The notes beneath the pieces are model-generated. The model was not told where the DNA came from. It saw only the letters and a list, made by a program, of their open reading frames with translations, and did not search any database. Source: Patescibacteria group bacterium (GTDB taxonomy: Bacteria; Patescibacteriota; Patescibacteriia; UBA2591; UBA6264). Taken from it: a stretch of 64,000 bases of DNA. The position numbers and the translations under genes are program-made. Shown piece by piece: positions 46,834 through 55,517 of this stretch (the first letter of the stretch is position 1; the number at the start of each line of letters is the position of its first letter). The stretch lies in assembly GCA_021735685.1 (NCBI GenBank), contig JAIPGN010000004.1, forward strand, positions 959 to 64,958, given 5' to 3'.

Positions 46834-48393
46834 ATGTTAATTTTAAATAAAAAACGAATTATAATTTTTTTATTATTAATTATTTTAGGAGGGGTTATTT
46901 GTTATTCTAATATATTTTCTCATCAATTTCTTTGGGATGATGAATTTCTAATTGAAAAAAATCAATTTATTCGCTCCTTTGACCATCTTCCTCAAGTCTT
47001 TTCTTCCCCAAGCGGAGCTGGGGCAGGACGCTCAGACAACTTTTATCGCCCTTTACAAATTTTAAACTATACCGGACTTTATGCTTTGGCCGGGGCAACT
47101 CCTTGGATTTTTCTTCTAAATAATTTATTTCTGCACATTTTTAGCGGAATTTTAATTTTCTTTTTAATTAGAAAAATCTTTAAAAAAGATTTTTTGGCTT
47201 TTCTGGTATCTTTTTTTTGGATTATTCATCCCGTGCACACTGAGGTCGTTACTTACATGAGCGGAACCGCCGATCCCCTCTCAACTTTATTGGGCCTTGG
47301 GTCCTTTTATTTTTATTTGATTTTTCGTGAAAAAAAACAGTTTTGTTTTTTAATCTTTGCTTTAGTCTCTTTCCTTCTAGCTCTTTTGGCAAAAGAAACT
47401 ATCATTATCTTACCAGGCCTAATTTTGTTTTACGAAATTATTTTTAATCAAAATCCCAAAAAAATATCTAACTACGCTCCCCTTATTTGGTTTTTTAACA
47501 TTGCCTTAGCTTATTTTTGCTTAAGGCTTAGCTTTTTAAATTTTGGCGGAACCCTTAATCTTTACGCGACAAGCAACATTTATACAGAGAATATATTGGT
47601 TCGTTTTTTCACTTTTTTGGCGTCTTTGTTAATGTACTATTCTTTTTTCTTTTATCCTGTCAACCTGCACATGGAGAGAAAATTTTCCGTTTTTTCAAAC
47701 TGGCAATCGCCCTGGGTCCTGTCTTCTTTCTTAATCTTGGTTGGTTTTATTATTCTTGGTTTTTGGGCTCAAAGAAAAAACAAGAAATATATTAGTTTTG
47801 GACTAGGTTGGTTTTTTCTTGCCTTTATTCCTCTTAGCGGTATTATTATCCCAATTAACTCTTTTTTGCTAGAGCATTGGCTTTATTTCACTTCTATTGG
47901 TCTTTTTCTTTGTTTAGCGGGGTTAATTAATGCTCTTTGGGAAAAAATAGCTAAAATAAGAAAAGGTTTATTAATTGTTTTGCTTTTAATAGGCATTCTA
48001 TTAATGAATGGCACCAGACAAAGAAATAAAGTCTGGGAAAACCCCCTCACTTTTTATCATGACATTTTACAATATCATGAAGGAACAGCTAGGATTCATA
48101 ATAATTTAGGAATGGCCTATGCCGACCAAAATGATTTAAATAAAGCGGAAGAACATTATCTAAAAGCTGTTGCCCTTGGTGATCAATACCCTCAAACTCA
48201 TTATAATTTAGCTCAATTATATTTAGAAAAAGAAGAAGAAGAAAAAGCCATAATTCATTTGGAAAAAAGTTTAGTAATTAATCCTCGCTTTTTTTTCTCT
48301 TATTATCTTTTGAGCCAGATTTACCAAGAAGAAGGAGAAATAAAAAAAGCGCAAGAATATTTACAAAAAGCGGAAGCTATTGAGTATTATTAA
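46834..48393 (+). CDS. TMTC-like GT-C glycosyltransferase with TPRs
   Basis: FLWDD, FYRPL, HPVHTEVV, LAKE, EHWLY; C-terminal TPRs (HNNLG, HYNLA). Confidence 0.8.
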   Translation: MLILNKKRIIIFLLLIILGGVICYSNIFSHQFLWDDEFLIEKNQFIRSFDHLPQVFSSPSGAGAGRSDNFYRPLQILNYTGLYALAGATPWIFLLNNLFLHIFSGILIFFLIRKIFKKDFLAFLVSFFWIIHPVHTEVVTYMSGTADPLSTLLGLGSFYFYLIFREKKQFCFLIFALVSFLLALLAKETIIILPGLILFYEIIFNQNPKKISNYAPLIWFFNIALAYFCLRLSFLNFGGTLNLYATSNIYTENILVRFFTFLASLLMYYSFFFYPVNLHMERKFSVFSNWQSPWVLSSFLILVGFIILGFWAQRKNKKYISFGLGWFFLAFIPLSGIIIPINSFLLEHWLYFTSIGLFLCLAGLINALWEKIAKIRKGLLIVLLLIGILLMNGTRQRNKVWENPLTFYHDILQYHEGTARIHNNLGMAYADQNDLNKAEEHYLKAVALGDQYPQTHYNLAQLYLEKEEEEKAIIHLEKSLVINPRFFFSYYLLSQIYQEEGEIKKAQEYLQKAEAIEYY

Positions 48394-48394
48394 T

Positions 48395-49081
48395 TTATTT
48401 TTTAAACCGATACTTAAATAAAGTCCAAAGAGCTTTGATGCCGTCTTGATAATTTATTTTTTTGCCTTCTTGGCGAGGAAAGTATTGAATGGGCACTTCT
48501 TTAATTGGAAGGCCCTTTTTTAGTATTTTAGCAGTAATCTCTGGTTCCCACTCAAAACCATTTCCCTCAATGACTAAAGATTTAATTAATTCAGCTTGAA
48601 AGCATTTATAACAAGTAGGTTCATCAGTTAAATGGGAGCCATATAATAAATTACAAAACCAAGTTATCGTTTTCCCCCCCAGAAAAAAAATCCATTTGCT
48701 CCTTTTGTTTTTTTTATTTAACTCTCTGCTCCCATAAACCACTTGAGTCTCCCCTTGTAGAATTGGTTGCAGGCATTTTTTAATATCTTGAGGGTCATAT
48801 TCTAAATCTGCGTCTTGAACGATTATTATGTCTCCTTGTGTCTTTTTTAACCCCACTTTAAAAGCAGCTCCTTTGCCTTGATTTTTTTTCTGTTCTAATA
48901 ATATAATCCCTTCTTGCTTTCTTAAAATCTCTTTAGTTTTATCTTGACTAGCGTCATCAACCACGATGATTTCTTTTTTTATGCCAGGGATTTCTAGGGC
49001 TTTAACTTTTTCCAAAAGAGGAAGAATGGTTTTTTCTTCGTTGTAAGCGGGTATAACGATGGATAATAATTTTTTTTTCAT
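48395..49081 (-). CDS. GT2 polyprenol-phosphate glycosyltransferase (DPM1-like)
   Basis: SIVIPAYNEE, VDDAS, QDADLEYDP, YGSR, EPEIT. Confidence 0.88.
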   Translation of the reverse strand: MKKKLLSIVIPAYNEEKTILPLLEKVKALEIPGIKKEIIVVDDASQDKTKEILRKQEGIILLEQKKNQGKGAAFKVGLKKTQGDIIIVQDADLEYDPQDIKKCLQPILQGETQVVYGSRELNKKNKRSKWIFFLGGKTITWFCNLLYGSHLTDEPTCYKCFQAELIKSLVIEGNGFEWEPEITAKILKKGLPIKEVPIQYFPRQEGKKINYQDGIKALWTLFKYRFKK

Positions 49082-49728
49082 TCTAAATAGATTGAATTAT
49101 CTTTGTTAAACTCCCCTACCCTGGTTCTTTCTAAATCAAATAGATATCCTCCACAATTTAGCTTTTGCCCTAGGTCTCGTGCTAAACTTCTAACGTATGC
49201 TCCTGGACCAGTTAAAACTTTAATTTCTAAATAAGGCCATTGATATTCTAGTAATTCTATGTTCTTGATTTCAACTAAACGAGATTTAATGATTGGCCTT
49301 TGGCCTTGGCGAGCTAATTGATAGGCCCTTTTTCCCTTGATTTTAATTGCACTAAAAAAAGGAGGAACTTGTTCGATTTTTCCTTGAAATTGAGGAAGAA
49401 TTTCTAAAATTTCTTTCTTTGATGGTCGATTAATGTTTTCTTTTATTGTTTTTTTTCCTTCTTGGTCATCAGTAGTACTCTCTTCTCCTAATTTAATAAC
49501 AGCCAAATATTCTTTTTCTTTTTTAACTTCTTTCTCTAAGGATCGACAGGCTGATCTACCTATACCTACCACCAAAATGCCTCGAGCCAGAGGGTCTAAA
49601 GTGCCAGCATGACCTATTTTCTTAACTCCGGTTAAAATTCGTAAGCGCCTAATCATATCAAAAGATGAGGGACCAACTGGCTTATAAACTCCTATAATTC
49701 CTTCTTTTATTTCTTGAGAATTAATCAT
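49078..49728 (-). CDS. truB: tRNA pseudouridine(55) synthase
   Basis: KIGHAGTLDPLA, QVPPFFSAIK, GAYVRSL, LERTRVG. Confidence 0.93.
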   Translation of the reverse strand: MINSQEIKEGIIGVYKPVGPSSFDMIRRLRILTGVKKIGHAGTLDPLARGILVVGIGRSACRSLEKEVKKEKEYLAVIKLGEESTTDDQEGKKTIKENINRPSKKEILEILPQFQGKIEQVPPFFSAIKIKGKRAYQLARQGQRPIIKSRLVEIKNIELLEYQWPYLEIKVLTGPGAYVRSLARDLGQKLNCGGYLFDLERTRVGEFNKDNSIYLE

Positions 49729-49823
49729 ATAAATATATTTTAACAAAAAAATTAGCAAAAAACAAAGAACCTCAAACAGAATTAAGGTTCTTTATTTCTT
49801 CGCCTTTGATTGCAAATCAAATT

Positions 49824-50591
49824 TTATTTTTCCTGATCACTTTTAATCAAAAGCTTATTATTTTTACTGATTCCCTCAAAAGCTCTTAAAACTTCTAAAG
49901 GGACAGCAAAAACTATGGTATTAGATTGATCTGAGCTAATGTCATTAATAGATTGCAGGGTACGTAAATGCAAAGCTCCAGTAGAAGCTGATAAAGCTTG
50001 AGCAGCTTCCGCCATATTTTTGGCAGCAATTTTTTCCCCCTCGGCCTTGATAATTAATGATCTTTTTTCTCTTTCTGCTTCAGCTTGACGACCAATTACC
50101 CTTTTCATCTCTTCTGGCAAGGTAATATCTTTTAATTCTACATTATCCACTTTAATCCCCCAAGGATCACTAGCCACGTCAATGACTTTTCTAATATTTT
50201 CAGAAACGCTTTCTCTTTCCGAGAGCAATTCATCTAAGCTCACCCCTCCCACTGCGTTGCGCATGGTGGTTTGAGCTAATTGAGAAATGGCATAATAAAA
50301 CCTTTCTACTCCTAAAATTGCTTTTTCAGCATGAATTACTTTATAATAAATAACCGCATTTACGCTAACTGAGATATTATCTTTAGTAATGGCTTCTTGA
50401 TTGGGCACGTCAACTGCCTTAACCCTTAAATCCACTTTCCTATATGATTGAAAAATAGGAATGACTAATCGCCAACCGGGTTGCATAATTCCAGTATATT
50501 TTCCTAAAGTAAATTTAACTCCTTTTTCGTATTCATTGATTTGTTTAATAGAAATCAATAAAATAATGAAAATAATTATTCCTAAAGGCAT
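49824..50591 (-). CDS. SPFH/stomatin-like protein
   Basis: VDLR...QEAITKDN, QTTMR, WGIKVDNVELKD, QAEAERE. Confidence 0.92.
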   Translation of the reverse strand: MPLGIIIFIILLISIKQINEYEKGVKFTLGKYTGIMQPGWRLVIPIFQSYRKVDLRVKAVDVPNQEAITKDNISVSVNAVIYYKVIHAEKAILGVERFYYAISQLAQTTMRNAVGGVSLDELLSERESVSENIRKVIDVASDPWGIKVDNVELKDITLPEEMKRVIGRQAEAEREKRSLIIKAEGEKIAAKNMAEAAQALSASTGALHLRTLQSINDISSDQSNTIVFAVPLEVLRAFEGISKNNKLLIKSDQEK

Positions 50592-50614
50592 ATTTTTCTA
50601 TGTTATTTTTTTAG

Positions 50615-51892
50615 TTAAACGACCTTTGTGGTTTTAAATAATTTTTGAATTCTCTTGCGACTTTCAGTAATAATTTTTTCTTCATCTTTAATTCGATAAT
50701 CACGCATAATAGCTTGACCATTACAGAAAACATCCGAAATTAAACCCGCCGAACTTTGAGCGTAAATTAAATTAGACAAAAGATCGTGATTGGGAATAAA
50801 ATTTAAATGGTTTAAGTCAATTAAGATAAAGTCCGCTAGTTTTCCTATTTTTAATTCTCCAGCATTGAGATTAAAAGCTTGAGCGGCATTTTTAGTAGCA
50901 AGGTTGAAAACTTCCTGAACCGGTAAAAGGCTAGAATTTTCATTTTGTGCCCTTTGCAATAAAGAAGCAAATTTCATTTCCGACCAAAGATTTAAACTGT
51001 TATTTGAGGCAGATCCGTCTGTGCCCAAGCAAATATTGATTCCCGCTTCCTTTAATTGAGAATAAGGGAAAATTCCAGAGCCTAATTTCATGTTAGAGCA
51101 AGGACTATAAACAATTTGGCATTTTTTTTCTTTTAATATTTCAATTTCTTTTTTAGAGAGCCAGATTGCATGCACCAAAAGGGTTTGAGGGGCCAATAGA
51201 CCAATTTCGTTTAAATATTCAACTGGTCTCATTTGATTTGTTTTAAGACAATCTTCAACCTCTTTTTTGGTTTCTGAGCAATGAATATGAATTGGCAATT
51301 TGTTTCTCTGACTAAAATTTTTAGCCCAGGTTAAATTTTCTAAAGAAAGGGTGTAAATAGAATGAGGGGCTAAAGTTAGGGAAAGCAAACTGGTTTCTTT
51401 TTTACTTAAAATTTCCCATTTTTTTTGCACTTCTTCTTTACTCCCCCCGTTTGATTGAGAATCTATTAAAAAAAGACCTAAATGGGCCCTTAAACCCATT
51501 TCTTGGACAGCTAACCAAGAAGCGTCAACTTGCCAATACATATCATTAAAACAAGTGGTGCCAGCTTTAATCATCTTCAAGGCTGCTAATTTAGTAGCCC
51601 AATAAATATCTTCTGAACCTAATTGAGCTTCTTTGGGCCATATTTTTTTCTCTAGCCAATCTTTTAATGGTAAATCATCAGCATAACCCTGCAAAAAAGA
51701 CATTGCTGCGTGAGTGTGACTATTAATTAAGCCCGGTAAAATAGCCTTTTTTGCTTGACAATCAATAACTAAATCAGCTTTTGTCTTAATTTCTTTGGTT
51801 ATTTCCACTATGCTTTCGTTTTCTATATAAAAATCCTTTAAAGAGTGGTCTAAGTCAACAGCATTTTTAATTAAAATAGTTCTTTTTTTCAT
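50615..51892 (-). CDS. Amidohydrolase (MTA/SAH deaminase-like)
   Basis: PGLINSHTH, APHSIYT, HIHCSET, PCSNMKL, LGTDGSASNN. Confidence 0.88.
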   Translation of the reverse strand: MKKRTILIKNAVDLDHSLKDFYIENESIVEITKEIKTKADLVIDCQAKKAILPGLINSHTHAAMSFLQGYADDLPLKDWLEKKIWPKEAQLGSEDIYWATKLAALKMIKAGTTCFNDMYWQVDASWLAVQEMGLRAHLGLFLIDSQSNGGSKEEVQKKWEILSKKETSLLSLTLAPHSIYTLSLENLTWAKNFSQRNKLPIHIHCSETKKEVEDCLKTNQMRPVEYLNEIGLLAPQTLLVHAIWLSKKEIEILKEKKCQIVYSPCSNMKLGSGIFPYSQLKEAGINICLGTDGSASNNSLNLWSEMKFASLLQRAQNENSSLLPVQEVFNLATKNAAQAFNLNAGELKIGKLADFILIDLNHLNFIPNHDLLSNLIYAQSSAGLISDVFCNGQAIMRDYRIKDEEKIITESRKRIQKLFKTTKVV

Positions 51893-51981
51893 TTCTTTCC
51901 CTTGGTTAAATCCATAATTGTACGAAAGGTGTCTTTATTCTCTAAATAATCTTCAATAGTTTCAAAGGGAACTCTTTTCAT
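51889..51981 (-). CDS. 30-aa micro-ORF MKRVPFETIEDYLENKDTFRTIMDLTKGKK
   Basis: Hand-translated; ATGA overlap with the amidohydrolase start. Confidence 0.5.
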   Translation of the reverse strand: MKRVPFETIEDYLENKDTFRTIMDLTKGKK

Positions 51982-52039
51982 AAAATTATAATTAAAATTG
52001 CTCTTTTCTACTATATTATACTTTAATTTTGAGAAAATA

Positions 52040-52118
52040 AAAAGTGGTGCTTGCCTGGCGTCAAAAAAGGAAATCCTTTCTATCCACCGCCAGAACCGAA
52101 ATTCTGGGCAAGCACCAT
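52040..52118 (-). ncRNA. Candidate structured small RNA / leader (three-way junction)
   Basis: 11-bp closing stem UGGUGCUUGCC/GGCAAGCACCA, UUCG hairpin, second arm with G-U pairs; promoter TTGCTT-17-TATTTT (52123-52151) upstream and U-tract downstream. Confidence 0.5.
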
Positions 52119-52154
52119 TAATAAAATAACATAATTATAAAAATAAAGCAAGTT

Positions 52155-52178
52155 AAAAGGGAGGCGCAAGCGCCTCCC
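52155..52178 (-). terminator. Intrinsic terminator
   Basis: GGGAGGCG-CTTG-CGCCTCCC-TTTT on the minus strand. Confidence 0.8.
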
Positions 52179-52184
52179 AAAGTC

Positions 52185-52475
52185 TTAATACATCAGGAGT
52201 TTGCCGTAACAACGGCATTCTCCTTTCTTTGATGGGATGTTTGGCGGCTCCGAAGTGAAGCCGTCAACATACTCGGGAACTTGCCCATTACTAGGGCAAG
52301 TTTGTCCCCTGAAGTAAACATCCCCGTTAGACCCCAGAGGCTTAACCTCCTGAAGTCTAACTCCCAAGTAAAAAATTTTTTCCTTCCCGTTTTGGGACAA
52401 AGGAAAAACAATTTCTTGATTTTTTTGATAGGCCCGCAGGGCCGATCTGGTTCGAGAAATGATATTAAAAACCAT
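52185..52475 (-). CDS. Hypothetical protein (SD-led ORFan)
   Basis: AAAGGAG SD; terminator 6 nt after the stop. Confidence 0.65.
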   Translation of the reverse strand: MVFNIISRTRSALRAYQKNQEIVFPLSQNGKEKIFYLGVRLQEVKPLGSNGDVYFRGQTCPSNGQVPEYVDGFTSEPPNIPSKKGECRCYGKLLMY

Positions 52476-52493
52476 TTTTGTCTCCTTTTTTCT

Positions 52494-52541
52494 TTATTTT
52501 TTAAAACAAAAAGAAAAAACGATGGGTAGTTTCAATTTCAT
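52494..52541 (-). CDS. 15-aa leader micro-ORF MKLKLPIVFSFCFKK
   Basis: GAAAGGAGG-5nt-ATG directly after a consensus promoter. Confidence 0.45.
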   Translation of the reverse strand: MKLKLPIVFSFCFKK

Positions 52542-52569
52542 CTCTGCCTCCTTTCACGTTATTATTTTT

Positions 52570-52598
52570 AGTATATTACTTATTTTCTTTTTTGTCAA
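52570..52598 (-). promoter_or_regulatory. sigma70 promoter
   Basis: TTGACA-17-TATACT. Confidence 0.75.
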
Positions 52599-53835
52599 GC
52601 TTAACACTATTCCCCACTACCCAGCCGGTAGCCCAGCAAACCTGCAAATTATACCCTCCGGTAGGTCCGTTTAGGTCTAAAATTTCTCCAGCTAAATAAA
52701 GATTATCAATTATTTTAGATTGCATAGTTAAAGGATTAACCTCTTTCAAGTCTACGCCTCCAGCGGTAATAATCGCTTTTTGATAACCATCTAATTTTTT
52801 AATTTTCAATTTAAACTCTTTGCATAAATGCAAAATTATCTTTCTTTCTTCTTTGGTTAAAGAGTGAACCTTTTTGCTTAAAGGAATTTGAGAAAGTTGA
52901 AGAATGACGGGAATTAATTTTTGAGGCAACAAATCATCTAAACTATTTTTAAAAAATCGGTTGCTTTTTTTAGCAAAGTCTTTTTGAATTCTTTGATCTA
53001 ATTGCGAAAAGCTTAAAGCTGGTTTAAGGTCAATAGACAAACAAAGGTCTGCCTTTTTTTCTAATTCTTGGCCTATTCTTGAGCTTAAATCTAAAATAAT
53101 GGGTCCACTCATTCCTTTATGAGTAAAAAGAGCTTCTCCAAAACGAGAATCTATTTTTTTGTTTTTTTGGTATAAACTAATCTCTACATTTTTTAAACTT
53201 AAACCCTCTAATTGGGAGAGAAAATTTTCCGCACAAATTAAAGGAGTTAAGGCTGGCCTTAGTTTATTAATTCGATGCCCCATTTTTTTTAACCAAAAAT
53301 AACCGTCTCCAGTGGATCCGGTTTGAGGATAAGATTTACCGCCAGTTGCTATTAAAAAATTATTAGCTTTAATTTCCTGGCCATCTTCTAAGATTATTTT
53401 CTCAATTCTTCTTTTCTTAATTACTATTTTTTTAACTGGGCTATTTGTTTTAACTTCTACACCCGACTTCTTTAAGTTTTTGATCAAAACCCGACAAACG
53501 TTTTGCGCCGAATTACTTTGGGGAAAAATGCGTCCTCCTCTTTCTGTTTTTAATCGCAAACCCTTTTTTTCAAAAAAATCAATAATTTCTATTAAGCCAA
53601 ATTGATGTAAAGCCGAAAAAAGAAAATTGCCTTGAGGGCCAAATTCTTTGACAAAATCTCTGGGCTGGTTATCTTGATGAGCTAAATTACAACGCCCCTT
53701 GCCGGTTAACAAAAGTTTAATTCCTAATTTTCTATTTTTTTCAAGCAAAATTACTTTAGAACCCTTGGCTGCAGCCCGCCCAGCAGCCATCATTCCAGCT
53801 GGTCCCCCACCAATTACCACTAAATTATATTTCAT
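52576..53835 (-). CDS. HI0933/BaiN family flavoprotein
   Basis: GGGPAG, TGKGRCN, ATGGKSYPQTGSTGDG, TAGGV, GPTGGYNLQ. Confidence 0.92.
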   Translation of the reverse strand: MKYNLVVIGGGPAGMMAAGRAAAKGSKVILLEKNRKLGIKLLLTGKGRCNLAHQDNQPRDFVKEFGPQGNFLFSALHQFGLIEIIDFFEKKGLRLKTERGGRIFPQSNSAQNVCRVLIKNLKKSGVEVKTNSPVKKIVIKKRRIEKIILEDGQEIKANNFLIATGGKSYPQTGSTGDGYFWLKKMGHRINKLRPALTPLICAENFLSQLEGLSLKNVEISLYQKNKKIDSRFGEALFTHKGMSGPIILDLSSRIGQELEKKADLCLSIDLKPALSFSQLDQRIQKDFAKKSNRFFKNSLDDLLPQKLIPVILQLSQIPLSKKVHSLTKEERKIILHLCKEFKLKIKKLDGYQKAIITAGGVDLKEVNPLTMQSKIIDNLYLAGEILDLNGPTGGYNLQVCWATGWVVGNSVKLDKKENK

Positions 53836-53836
53836 A

Positions 53837-54475
53837 TTATTTCTCTACTATAATAAATCTTCTTAAATTGACTGCATACGGGATCCAAGCCTCGGGCATA
53901 CAATTTTGATCTTTGAAAAATTTATCATTATAAGTCTCAGTGGATTCAAAATATTTTTTGTGTTGGTAATAAACCTCTTCTTGAGGGGCTTTACTTGCGC
54001 ATAATTTAAAAGATTTTTCATATGCTTTATGTTTACGAAGAATAACTCCAACCTTGGGGACGGTAAAAATTAAACCACTTTCTAAAGTTTTACTCACAAA
54101 AAGTTTAATCCAGGAATAAGTATTAAGCCATTGAGATAAAGATTGCAGAGGAATTGCTACCACACATTTTGGATTACCAAATTTTTGATTAAAAGAAGCT
54201 AAATCAAACCCTTGATCGCGTAATATTTGATGATCATAATTACGAAGAAAAATTAAATTAGGAATGGTTCTTGTTCTTAAAATTTCTTGATGTGCAACTT
54301 TAGGCAGAAAGCGAATCATCACTTCTTCAGATTGATCAACATTAAAAGATAAATTTTTAGAAAGATTTTCGTAAAAAAAAGCTAATTCTCGGGAAAGTTT
54401 CATCATTTCCTTGTCTTCTAACCACTTTCTGTCAAATCCTTTTTTATATTTTCTGAACCCTGTTTGATTATTCAT
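53837..54475 (-). CDS. Hypothetical protein
   Basis: 212-aa ORF tightly packed in the operon. Confidence 0.7.
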   Translation of the reverse strand: MNNQTGFRKYKKGFDRKWLEDKEMMKLSRELAFFYENLSKNLSFNVDQSEEVMIRFLPKVAHQEILRTRTIPNLIFLRNYDHQILRDQGFDLASFNQKFGNPKCVVAIPLQSLSQWLNTYSWIKLFVSKTLESGLIFTVPKVGVILRKHKAYEKSFKLCASKAPQEEVYYQHKKYFESTETYNDKFFKDQNCMPEAWIPYAVNLRRFIIVEK

Positions 54476-54478
54476 GTT

Positions 54479-54682
54479 TTAGATTTCTTTATTCATTTCT
54501 TTCTTTACTTCTTCAAATTCATTTTCCAAACCCTGTAATTGGTGCTTGCTTTCCTTGATTAATTTGCCTCCCTCCTTAATTTTACTTAGGCCTACTTCTA
54601 AATCAATCTCTTTTTGTTGGTCAAACCATTTAACAATTTCTTCTAATTTTTTAAAATTTTGTTTTAATTTGTTGTTTTCCAT
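54479..54682 (-). CDS. xseB: Exodeoxyribonuclease VII small subunit
   Basis: LEEIVKWF...IDLEVGLSKIKEG; same operon as xseA. Confidence 0.85.
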   Translation of the reverse strand: MENNKLKQNFKKLEEIVKWFDQQKEIDLEVGLSKIKEGGKLIKESKHQLQGLENEFEEVKKEMNKEI

Positions 54683-54683
54683 A

Positions 54684-55517
54684 TTAATTTATTTTTAATA
54701 TTTTTTTTATTTGACTAAGGGCTTCTTGGGTCGACCTCTCCCCTTCTTGAACCACATCTTCAATTTCTCCTTTAATTAATTTTTGCCAACCAATTGAACC
54801 CAAATATCCAACTTGAGGCTCAATAATGATATCAGCGTTCCTTAAGCTTTTTTGAGCTAAATGATATTGCAAACAATGAAAATAACGAGTTAATAGAAGA
54901 TTGTCCCAAAAATTAGTTGTTTTTTCTTTATTTTTAAAATAACTACTATTGTCTAAATTAACAGCAATTACTATTTCCGCTCCCATCTTCTTTACGGCTT
55001 CCACTGGAACTGGCTCTGATAAACCGCCATCACAAAGAAGGTGCTCTTTCCACGATACTGGTTTAAAAAACAAAGGAACCGAAGCACTTCCTCGGATCGC
55101 TAAAGCTATATTCCCTTCGTTTATCCTTACGGACTCGGCATTATTAAAATCTGTAGCCATCACAGATAAAGGAATTTTTGTGTCTTTAAAACTAGAATTC
55201 TTTGTTACTTCTTCTAAAAAATTTTTAAATTTTTCTCCTTTCATTAAGCCTTGTTTCCAAGATAAATCTAAAAGAGAGATAGATTTACTCCAGCCCCTAG
55301 AATTAATTATCTTTTTTATTTCCTCAATTTTGGGATTCAAAGCATAAAGAGAGCCAATGATTGCACCCGCACTACTACCAACAATAAAATCAATGGGTAT
55401 TTTGTTTTCTTCTAAAACTTTAATTACTCCTAGATGAGCATAACCCTTGGCCCCTCCGCTTCCTAAGGCTAACCCTACTTTAGGTTTTCTTTTTTTTAAA
55501 AAATTAAAAGTTCTCAT
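54684..55517 (-). CDS. Patatin-like phospholipase (RssA-like)
   Basis: LGSGGAKG, GSSAG, DGG. Confidence 0.9.
   Translation of the reverse strand: MRTFNFLKKRKPKVGLALGSGGAKGYAHLGVIKVLEENKIPIDFIVGSSAGAIIGSLYALNPKIEEIKKIINSRGWSKSISLLDLSWKQGLMKGEKFKNFLEEVTKNSSFKDTKIPLSVMATDFNNAESVRINEGNIALAIRGSASVPLFFKPVSWKEHLLCDGGLSEPVPVEAVKKMGAEIVIAVNLDNSSYFKNKEKTTNFWDNLLLTRYFHCLQYHLAQKSLRNADIIIEPQVGYLGSIGWQKLIKGEIEDVVQEGERSTQEALSQIKKILKIN

Noticed and set aside
52049-52117. tRNA on the plus strand (GCTTGCC...GGCAAGC-A-CCA)
   Set aside because: The CCA is part of a longer inverted repeat; there is no TTCRA T-loop, D-arm or 7-nt anticodon loop; G-U pairing and the promoter favour the minus strand.
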